From: a virus
Direction: 5' to 3' (one strand)
DNA: 64,000 nt
IMG/VR virus record: IMGVR_UViG_3300025151_008277
Coordinates: 63,117 to 127,116 of that record
The stretch's first letter is position 1. Each line of letters begins with the position of its first letter. This document shows positions 29,443-36,943 of this stretch, in pieces. The translations under genes were made by a program, and so were the position numbers. The notes under the pieces are model-generated. The model did no database searches. It had not been told where the DNA came from and worked only from the letters and a program-made list of their open reading frames with translations.

Positions 29443-29897
29443 TACATAAAAAAGGAGATTTTAAAAAAGGTCTTTTTAGACCAAAAAATAAAAACAAGTA
29501 CATCGGTCAAAAGCACCCAGCTTACAGAAGCTCTTGGGAGCTTTATTTTTTTCAGTGGTGTGATCGTAACCCTAATGTACTTGAATGGGCTTCTGAAGCA
29601 GTAATTGTTCCATATATTTCCCCTTTAGACAATAAAGTACATAGATATTTTGTTGATAACATATTAATACTAAAAGAGGGTAGTAAGAACGTAAAATACC
29701 TTGTAGAGATTAAACCGTATAAACAAACTATACCACCTAACGCTACAAGAAGAAAAAAAAGAGAGACATTGCTACACGAACAAGCAACATATGAGGTTAA
29801 TAAAGTTAAATGGGAAGCTGCGTCAGAATGGGCAAAGAAAAACGGTTACAAATTCATTATCATCACAGAGAAAGAACTATTTCCTGAGAAAAAGTAG
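29439..29897 (+). CDS. gp4: Head completion nuclease (T4 gp4-like, TnsA-like)
   Basis: YRSSWE, WASE, HRYFVD, LVEIKP, KWEAA, IITEKEL. Confidence 0.9.
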   Translation: MIHKKGDFKKGLFRPKNKNKYIGQKHPAYRSSWELYFFQWCDRNPNVLEWASEAVIVPYISPLDNKVHRYFVDNILILKEGSKNVKYLVEIKPYKQTIPPNATRRKKRETLLHEQATYEVNKVKWEAASEWAKKNGYKFIIITEKELFPEKK

Positions 29898-29905
29898 TTT
29901 ATAAG

Positions 29906-29913
29906 TATAAATA
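29906..29913 (+). promoter_or_regulatory. T4-type late promoter for the prohead operon
   Basis: Exact TATAAATA upstream of gp21. Confidence 0.7.
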
Positions 29914-29936
29914 TTTAGTAAAAGTAATTTAAGCAA

Positions 29937-30596
29937 ATGGCATTTAAACTTTTAGTAGAAAAACCGGACCTTAGCGAATTCGAATACATCGTTGAAGAAA
30001 AGAACTCTAAAGAGCCTTCCAAGCTTTATATTCAGGGACCATTCATGATGGCATCTGAGAAAAATCGTAATAATAGAGTTTACGATCTCGAAGAAATGGC
30101 TAAAGAAGTCGACCGCTATACAGCAGAAATGATCGATGAAAACAGAGCAATGGGTGAACTTAATCATCCTACTACTGCAGAAGTTGATCTTGAACGTGCT
30201 TGTCATGTCGTCACAGAGCTCACTCAAAAAGATAACGTCTTTTATGGTAAGTCTAAAGTTTTAAGTACTCCTTGCGGTCAAATCGTAAGAAGTCTTGTTA
30301 TGGACGGTGTAAAAGTAGGAGTCTCTAGTAGAGCATTAGGTCAAGTAGCAGAAAATCCTGCAGGTCATTCTGAAGTAAAGGATATGAAGTTAATTGCCAT
30401 TGATTGTGTTGCTGATCCTTCCTTTCCTGCAGCTTTTGTTAACGGAATCCTCGAATCTAAACAATGGGTACTTGCTGATGATGGTAAGTATGAAGAAATC
30501 TACAATAAATTTGAAAAGGGTGTGAGTAAGCTACCTAAAAAGGATTTAGATAGCTATTTAAGGGAACATATAATTAGTTTCATAAAAAACTTTTAA
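29937..30596 (+). CDS. gp21: Prohead core protease (T4 gp21-like)
   Basis: KNRNNRVY, MGELNHP, GVSSRALG, DCVADPS. Confidence 0.95.
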   Translation: MAFKLLVEKPDLSEFEYIVEEKNSKEPSKLYIQGPFMMASEKNRNNRVYDLEEMAKEVDRYTAEMIDENRAMGELNHPTTAEVDLERACHVVTELTQKDNVFYGKSKVLSTPCGQIVRSLVMDGVKVGVSSRALGQVAENPAGHSEVKDMKLIAIDCVADPSFPAAFVNGILESKQWVLADDGKYEEIYNKFEKGVSKLPKKDLDSYLREHIISFIKNF

Positions 30597-30615
30597 TTTA
30601 CAATAAATAATTATG

Positions 30616-30765
30616 ATGGACAAAAGCTTAAAAGAATCAATTAAGTCTTTTTTGAGTAATCTGGGCAATAAAGACTACAGTAACGCTAATAAAGACTTGA
30701 ATAAAGCGATTGAGCGTAAGCTTCAAGAGCGGATCAATAAAGCATATAAAAAGGATTTATTTTAA
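30616..30765 (+). CDS. Small prohead core protein (gp67/gp68-like; not in ORF track)
   Basis: MDKSLKESIKSFLSNLGNKDYSNANKDLNKAIERKLQERINKAYKKDLF; TAAATA-N6-ATG; stop 1 nt before the gp22 ATG. Confidence 0.65.
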   Translation: MDKSLKESIKSFLSNLGNKDYSNANKDLNKAIERKLQERINKAYKKDLF

Positions 30766-30766
30766 A

Positions 30767-31636
30767 ATGAGCAACATAACTGATACACTAAAAGAGGCTG
30801 CCAAGGACGTTGTTTCTGAGGAGACCCTTCAAGCAATTGAACAGGCCTTCCAAGAACAATTAGACGAGAAGGCAGAGGAGCGTTCTAAGATTGCAGTCGA
30901 AGCTGCTCTTAATGAACAAGACGAGAAATACGCAACTAAGTTAGAGGCTTTACTTGAGGCTATCGACAAAGATCATTGTCGTAAGCTGAATAAGGTGGTT
31001 GAGTCCCTTGATACTGATAGAACTAATAAGCTCAAGCAGATTATTAAGAAGTATCAAACAGAACTTAACACAGAAGCTGCTAAATTAAGAGACACAATCG
31101 TAGAGAGTGTTTCTGATTACTTAGATTCTTATATTGACGAAGCTATTCCTGCTGATTCAATTCAGGAAGCTGTTGATAATAAGAAAGCGATTAATATTCT
31201 TGAAAGCTTCCGTAAGACTCTTGGTGTTGATCTCGCTCTTGCTAACGAATCTATTCGTGACGGTGTCATGGATGGTAAGAAGCGCTTAGATGAGTCAGTA
31301 TCTCATGCTACTAAGTTAGAAGAGAAGAACAGTGCTCTAGAGAATGAATTAACTGAACTTAAGAAATCAGTTTATCTGTCTGAGAAGACAAGATCTTTTG
31401 ATGAGAAGAAGACTAAATTCATTAATAAGACTTTCGAAGGTAAAGACATGGAATTCATCGAAGAAAACTTTGACTATACCGTGAAAATGTTTGAGAAAAA
31501 GCATACCGAGGTGCTTGATGTACTGAAGGAAGATGCTATTTCTGAGTCAGAAGTGAAAGATAACGTCGATCAAGAGTTGACTACTGAGAAGGTTGTTAAG
31601 AACCCTTATGTTGACCAATTATCTAGAATTATCTAA
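30767..31636 (+). CDS. gp22: Prohead core scaffold (T4 gp22-like)
   Basis: Acidic coiled coil between gp21 and gp23, VSDYLD; start moved to ATG 30767. Confidence 0.8.
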   Translation: MSNITDTLKEAAKDVVSEETLQAIEQAFQEQLDEKAEERSKIAVEAALNEQDEKYATKLEALLEAIDKDHCRKLNKVVESLDTDRTNKLKQIIKKYQTELNTEAAKLRDTIVESVSDYLDSYIDEAIPADSIQEAVDNKKAINILESFRKTLGVDLALANESIRDGVMDGKKRLDESVSHATKLEEKNSALENELTELKKSVYLSEKTRSFDEKKTKFINKTFEGKDMEFIEENFDYTVKMFEKKHTEVLDVLKEDAISESEVKDNVDQELTTEKVVKNPYVDQLSRII

Positions 31637-31710
31637 TTTAAACTTGTTGAGGTACTTGCTACCTGATCTCCAATGTAAAGGACCCTTTTAAACCCAATAT
31701 ATAAAATATT

Positions 31711-33177
31711 ATGAACGAAACACAGACAAGACCCAATACAGAATATATTGACGGGAACAGGGCACAACAGTTGTTGGAGAAGTGGAGTCCAGTTTTGGAC
31801 TATACCTCTGACAAGGTTGGGGCTATCACAGATAGTCATACCCGTCTTAACACCGCCATGCTTTTGGAAAACCAAGAGACATGGTGTTTGAAGGAAGCCA
31901 ATACCTCTTCCCCCGGGAATGGTACAGGTGCTTTAGGATCCCCGCTACGTGCTGATGGACAAGGTGGCGGTATTTATAACAGTGATGATACATATGCCGA
32001 TGGCGATCAGAGACTTCCTAAGATTCTGATTCCAATGATTCGTCGTACGTTCCCTGAGTTGATTACTAACGAAATCGTTGGTGTTCAGCCCATGAGCGGA
32101 CCAGTCGGTTTGGCATTTGCACTTCGTTATAAGTACTCTGCTACTGGTATCGGTGGCAACCCTGCTTCTAACGATGGAAACCCAGAAAGCCAAACAAGCG
32201 CAGGTGGCGGAGGTACTGGTGAACTTGGTCATAACTTGTTAGATACTCGTTATACAGGTGATACCGCAGGATTCATGAGCACTGCAGCAACATCCGCACT
32301 TAAAGGTATCGATGGTACCAACGTCGCGATTGTTACTGGTGATCAAGGTTTTGCAGCAGCTCTTAGCTCATTTGAGATGGACGGAGCATCTGGAATGCCT
32401 ACTGTTGAGCTTAGCTTCGAAAAGACAGCTGTTGAAGCTGGTACTCGTAGGCTTGGTGCTCGTTGGTCGGTTGAGCTCGAGCAGGATCTTAAGAACATGA
32501 ACGGTATTGATGTTGACGCTGAGTTGACTAACGCCATGTCTTATGAAATCCAGGCTGAGATTGATCGTGAAATGATCATTCGTATGATTCAGGCTACCTT
32601 AGGTGCAGGATCCGGTACAGGTTATACTACCTTTAATATCGCTTCTGCTGATGGTCGCTGGGTTGCTGAAAGAAACCGCGCTTTCTATCAGAAACTGATC
32701 ATTGAGGCAAACAGAATGGCTGTGCGCAACCGTCGTGGTGCTGCTAACTTTATTGTTGCTACCCCACGTGTTTGCTCTATCCTCGAAATGCTTCCTGAGT
32801 TCAGCTGGATGACAGTTGAAGGCAATGTTAATACATCGCCAGTTGGTGTTGCTAAGATCGGTAACGTTGGTGGGCGTTTTAATGTCTATCGCGATACTCG
32901 TACCGAAGCTAACTACAACTTAGGTGGAGGCACTAAGGTTGAGTACGCCTTGCTTGGTTATAAGGGCCCAGAATATTATGATTCTGGTATTATTTACTGT
33001 CCTTACATCCCTGTGATGATCCAGCGCTCGATTGATCCTAACGGATTCTATCCGAAGGTTGGTCTCTTAACTCGTTATGGTGTCGTTGATCACCTCTTTG
33101 GTGCTTCTAACTACTACCACACCGTGTTTGTGACCGGTCTGGAAACAGCTGTTGGCGGTTACCAACCATATCAGTAA
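31711..33177 (+). CDS. gp23: Major capsid protein (T4 gp23-like)
   Basis: LLEKWSPVL, LLENQ, VGVQPMSGPVG, WSVELEQDL, EIQAEIDRE, YCPYIP, TRYG. Confidence 0.97.
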   Translation: MNETQTRPNTEYIDGNRAQQLLEKWSPVLDYTSDKVGAITDSHTRLNTAMLLENQETWCLKEANTSSPGNGTGALGSPLRADGQGGGIYNSDDTYADGDQRLPKILIPMIRRTFPELITNEIVGVQPMSGPVGLAFALRYKYSATGIGGNPASNDGNPESQTSAGGGGTGELGHNLLDTRYTGDTAGFMSTAATSALKGIDGTNVAIVTGDQGFAAALSSFEMDGASGMPTVELSFEKTAVEAGTRRLGARWSVELEQDLKNMNGIDVDAELTNAMSYEIQAEIDREMIIRMIQATLGAGSGTGYTTFNIASADGRWVAERNRAFYQKLIIEANRMAVRNRRGAANFIVATPRVCSILEMLPEFSWMTVEGNVNTSPVGVAKIGNVGGRFNVYRDTRTEANYNLGGGTKVEYALLGYKGPEYYDSGIIYCPYIPVMIQRSIDPNGFYPKVGLLTRYGVVDHLFGASNYYHTVFVTGLETAVGGYQPYQ

Positions 33178-33200
33178 TTCTGATATTCACAATATAAACA

Positions 33201-33234
33201 AAAAGGGTCCGCGAAAGCGGGCCCTTTTCTTTTT
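33201..33234. terminator. Bidirectional intrinsic terminator between gp23 and queF
   Basis: AAAAGGGTCCGC-GAAA-GCGGGCCCTTTT with a GNRA loop, flanked by A and T tracts. Confidence 0.9.
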
Positions 33235-33249
33235 ATATGAACACTTACC

Positions 33250-34155
33250 TTATTGTCTACCAGTCTTTGACCATGGAACATCTTCGTTCCATAGTTTTTC
33301 TTCTATTAGATGTTCATGAGAACATCGCTGTGGGTTAATATCCCACCCACCTCGTCTCACATAGAGACAAGTAACAGAAAGTTCTTGAGGATTGAATTTA
33401 TCCCAAAGCCTCTTATAAATAGTCTCACAGATCTCTTCATGAAAGTGACATTCATCTCTAAACGATACAATGTACTTTAGCATGCTACCATATGTAGGGA
33501 CTTTATTACCTTTCATATGAATATAAACATCCCCCCAGTCAGGTTGCGAAGTAACCCTGCAGTTACTCTTAAGTAGTTGAGAAGATACTTTATAGTCTTC
33601 AATACCTGTAGATTCAAACTCCTCTAGAATATCAGGATTCTCGGAATACTCTTCAATATCTAAACTAATAAACTTCTCTTCTAAGTTATCATACAGTAAT
33701 TGTTCTTTTAAGAACTCATTTACTCCGATTTCAAGATTAACCGGATCAAATAATTGTACCCTTACATCTGTTTGTAGTAGTTTACTTAGATCTGCTTCAG
33801 CTAATTCTTTTACTTTCTTGAATACTTCACAAGCATCACCGCCTAATTTCTCCATATTGAAGCTATTCCAATAAAGCTTCATAGACTTTGATTCTACGAT
33901 GTATTTACTATTACAAGGGTACACTACCTTCGCTGCAAAAGCCGTCGGGAGACCTGAATCTAGAAGGGCAGACACCTCATATCCGTTCCATACATCACAT
34001 CCAACGAAGGGAAGCTGTGTACTTTTGATTTTAAGGTGCTTTCTATTGTTAGATCTAGGCTCTCTCACGAGTAACTTAGGATCATATGTAGACTTATATT
34101 GACTTGACTGGCCAAGGTGCTTACTGATATTACTATTATCTAATTTATCGCTCAT
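33250..34155 (-). CDS. queF: NADPH-dependent preQ0 reductase, bimodular QueF
   Basis: DVWNGYEVS, VESKSMKLYWNSF, LLKSNCRVTSQPDWG, FHEEICE, RRGGWDINP. Confidence 0.93.
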   Translation of the reverse strand: MSDKLDNSNISKHLGQSSQYKSTYDPKLLVREPRSNNRKHLKIKSTQLPFVGCDVWNGYEVSALLDSGLPTAFAAKVVYPCNSKYIVESKSMKLYWNSFNMEKLGGDACEVFKKVKELAEADLSKLLQTDVRVQLFDPVNLEIGVNEFLKEQLLYDNLEEKFISLDIEEYSENPDILEEFESTGIEDYKVSSQLLKSNCRVTSQPDWGDVYIHMKGNKVPTYGSMLKYIVSFRDECHFHEEICETIYKRLWDKFNPQELSVTCLYVRRGGWDINPQRCSHEHLIEEKLWNEDVPWSKTGRQ

Positions 34156-34688
34156 ATTAAAAAGTTTTTTAAAGTTTGCATACGCTCACTTACTGTTCCT
34201 GATATTTTAACTACATTCTCGAATTTTTCAATACCAATCTCTTCGTATATCTCTATAATTCGTTCTCTAAATTTAACATCAGTAGATCTTTCCCCATCAT
34301 CCACTAACTTAACATCTTTAGGATCAGTATAAAATATCTTACTATATCTATTCAAATATTTTTCAAAAGACTCTTTTAGTATATTATAAGTCTTCTTACT
34401 CACTTTATTATTCTCATAAAAGTATTTCGTATAAACATACCCATCAAATATACATCTATCTAATATCCAATTACCCTTCCTATTAATATTATTCATATGA
34501 TGTTCCCAAATCTGTAATTGAGTATTATCATAAGAACTAGCTTCATTATTGATATCAAAACCTTTTCTTTTGATATCTCTTGTTACTTCATCTACAAATT
34601 GATAGCCTTTATGACTATACAATGCTTTACACAATGTAAGTAAAGTAGTCTTTCCAGTTGATTGAGCCCCAGTAAAAGAAAATATCAT
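34152..34688 (-). CDS. P-loop nucleotide-kinase-like protein (AAA_28)
   Basis: FTGAQSTGKTT, LDRCIFD, DDGERS. Confidence 0.78.
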   Translation of the reverse strand: MIFSFTGAQSTGKTTLLTLCKALYSHKGYQFVDEVTRDIKRKGFDINNEASSYDNTQLQIWEHHMNNINRKGNWILDRCIFDGYVYTKYFYENNKVSKKTYNILKESFEKYLNRYSKIFYTDPKDVKLVDDGERSTDVKFRERIIEIYEEIGIEKFENVVKISGTVSERMQTLKNFLI

Positions 34689-35257
34689 ATCTTGTTTTTT
34701 AAGAAGTTAGTCCATAAGTTTATAGACATACCATGCAATTGCAAAGTTAGCTCAGATAAGGAATCAAACGTATTCTCAGTACTATCCGTAGCAATAACGT
34801 TACCTGAGTCTAGTTCTGGAATTACTTCATGAATAACACAACCAACTTCTTCGTAGTTGACAGGACTATTCCATACTTTAGCTTGAGGGTTAAAGCCTTT
34901 CAACTCAGGATACTTAGTAATGAGACCAGGATGACCGTTATATACCTTAGAGCTGTCGCAAAACTCTTCAGGTAAGATGCGTAGATAACCATGTAATGTC
35001 ACAATAACATCATCATACCATTTCTCATTTAAGATACTATACCCGAGTTTGTCTGATACGTTTAAGTAGTCTACATCCTTAGGCCACTTAGGTAGTTGAT
35101 ATATTTTATCCCAACAAGCTCCTTTGAGCTCATTATTTACACCCTCTAGATATGTCCTATTAGTTACTACTAAGTCAGGCCATCGCCCTAGAGCAGAAGA
35201 TATTTGAGCGATTTCACTACCGGTTTGAGAGAAGAATGTTACCCATTTACTAGACAT
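34685..35257 (-). CDS. dpdN: PurN-like formyltransferase; candidate preQ1 formyltransferase (DpdN-like)
   Basis: FFSQTGSE, GYLRILP, NGHPGL, GCVIHEV, LDSG; in an operon with the TGT-like gene and queF. Confidence 0.75.
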   Translation of the reverse strand: MSSKWVTFFSQTGSEIAQISSALGRWPDLVVTNRTYLEGVNNELKGACWDKIYQLPKWPKDVDYLNVSDKLGYSILNEKWYDDVIVTLHGYLRILPEEFCDSSKVYNGHPGLITKYPELKGFNPQAKVWNSPVNYEEVGCVIHEVIPELDSGNVIATDSTENTFDSLSELTLQLHGMSINLWTNFLKNKI

Positions 35258-36056
35258 AACGATTTACAATGTGTTTAAACATTTTAGTATTGTACATGAT
35301 ATCTTCAACTTGATCTTCATCAGGCTTAGCAGCAATTAAATCTGCGAGTAGTTGTGAAGGTTTATGATTAAGTCCATGATCTCCATTATATCGATAACCA
35401 AGCAAGCCTGCTACTACTGGATTAGAAGTATCAATTGATCGAATATTATATTTACCAGGGTAATAAGCAAACTCCCGAGCAAGACTAGCACCTAATAGAT
35501 GGTGAGGTTTCTTAAAGTTCCATAAACCTTCTCGTACTAGTCGTTCGATTAGATGCTGACGACCGTATGCAAACTTTTCTAGCTTTGTTTCTCCATTAGC
35601 AGTGATCTGATAATAACTAAAATCAAAACTGATCGCAATATAGTCTGCTTTATCAGACATAAATTTATAGCATTCTGAGATCTCACTCCAAGTTTTACCT
35701 TGAACAGCACCGATTCTCATACATTCTGGTCGACCAATATAGTCACTAGTGAATTTTTCCCATGACTCCATCGTTCCGTCTGCGTCTTCAAGCACATCTG
35801 GTACAATATAGTAGTTAGGATTGATTTTTCTGATCCAGTCAATGTATTTTTGAGGGTCAAAAGAGTGTCCTAACTCAAAAATTGAGTTATCTAGCAAGAT
35901 TTCCCCGTCAGGATGCATTGCTTTGTATTTTTCCAAGAACCACTCTGCATATTCAGGTTGTTCTTCCATCAAATGTACGAGACAATACTGATAGTCATTA
36001 TATTCTAATGATTTCTCAAGTAACGCGATAGGTGATTCGTGAGATACTTTGATCAT
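35250..36056 (-). CDS. dpdA: TGT-like TIM barrel, divergent phage DpdA-type (DpdA3-like) deazaguanine transglycosylase
   Basis: ILLDNS, PDV, GAVQG, HHLLG, RSIDTS; first gene of the queF operon. Confidence 0.72.
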   Translation of the reverse strand: MIKVSHESPIALLEKSLEYNDYQYCLVHLMEEQPEYAEWFLEKYKAMHPDGEILLDNSIFELGHSFDPQKYIDWIRKINPNYYIVPDVLEDADGTMESWEKFTSDYIGRPECMRIGAVQGKTWSEISECYKFMSDKADYIAISFDFSYYQITANGETKLEKFAYGRQHLIERLVREGLWNFKKPHHLLGASLAREFAYYPGKYNIRSIDTSNPVVAGLLGYRYNGDHGLNHKPSQLLADLIAAKPDEDQVEDIMYNTKMFKHIVNRYV

Positions 36057-36062
36057 ACAGCT

Positions 36063-36090
36063 ATTATATGGGTTTCTTATGTTAAATCAA
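36063..36090 (-). promoter_or_regulatory. Sigma70-type promoter for dpdA-dpdN-kinase-queF
   Basis: Minus strand TTGATT-N16-TATAAT-N6-ATG. Confidence 0.7.
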
Positions 36091-36106
36091 GGATTAAATA
36101 TTTCAA

Positions 36107-36943
36107 ATGGCTTTTAGTTTTAACAATTTTGTAAAAAATCAGTCTGATGCTGCTAAACGGGTGTTCAACCCAACCAATATTATAGACAGAGTAACTCCTG
36201 GTCAAGTAAAAAGTTTGGTTAAAGCAGATCCGAAAATGATTTTAGATAAAAAACTCGGAGATCTATCTGGAGTTAAACTCGGTCAAACCTTTAAGCAAGC
36301 TGGAGCTAAGTTTAAAGATAGTGTTTTGGATACTATTGGTGGTATGGCTACTGCTCTCGAAGCTCGTATTGTGGGTTGTTTAAATAAAGCGATTCGAGAT
36401 ATCTTAAATAAAAATCCTATATTAGAAAAGATTATTTTCTTCGAAGATTTTATCAATAGAGAGCTTTCTAAGATTAGAAACAAGCTAGAGTCTAAAATTG
36501 ATAATGAGCTTAGAAAGATAGCATACAAAAAGATAAAAATTCAACAAGTAGCTCTTTATAAACAAAAAGTTTTATCAAGTATTAATAAAGTATGTCCTGG
36601 GGCTAGTCCTGCTTCTCCTGGTCAAGTACAGCAATATAGAAACATTATAAAAAATATTGCTAATAAAAATAAAGATGTAGGAAAGATAGTTGATGTAGAA
36701 GAGAACTTACCTGTAGCGGAAGTAAATAACGTTACTAAACCAGTTATACCTGCTCCTCAAGCTAATGCGGATGCAGTCGATCTTTCAAACAAGACTATAA
36801 AAAGAGCAAAAGAAGATCCTGATGAATTTGAAAGGTTAAAAGAAGAGAGTCTTGTAGCAAGTAAAGCAGCAGTTCAAAAACAAGCCGAAAAACAAATTAA
36901 AGGTCAGAGTAATCAAACTTGGAGAGATTTATTAGCAGCATGA
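36107..36943 (+). CDS. Hypothetical late protein (baseplate-associated?)
   Basis: TAAATA-N6-ATG; helical and Lys-rich; ATGA-coupled to the gp5-like gene. Confidence 0.55.
   Translation: MAFSFNNFVKNQSDAAKRVFNPTNIIDRVTPGQVKSLVKADPKMILDKKLGDLSGVKLGQTFKQAGAKFKDSVLDTIGGMATALEARIVGCLNKAIRDILNKNPILEKIIFFEDFINRELSKIRNKLESKIDNELRKIAYKKIKIQQVALYKQKVLSSINKVCPGASPASPGQVQQYRNIIKNIANKNKDVGKIVDVEENLPVAEVNNVTKPVIPAPQANADAVDLSNKTIKRAKEDPDEFERLKEESLVASKAAVQKQAEKQIKGQSNQTWRDLLAA

Noticed and set aside
29439-29897. TnsA-like nuclease as evidence of a Tn7 transposon
   Set aside because: It matches the T4 gp4 head-completion family, sits in the head operon, and no transposase genes or ends are present.
34685-35257. 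Calling the formyltransferase a purine-biosynthesis auxiliary gene (purN)
   Set aside because: No other pur genes are present, and it is translationally coupled inside the TGT-like/queF operon.
233-36056. Interpreting the que genes as tRNA queuosine biosynthesis
   Set aside because: No queA/queG/queH is present, and the TGT-like protein is short and lacks the tRNA-TGT zinc-binding motif. DNA modification is more parsimonious, though not proven.
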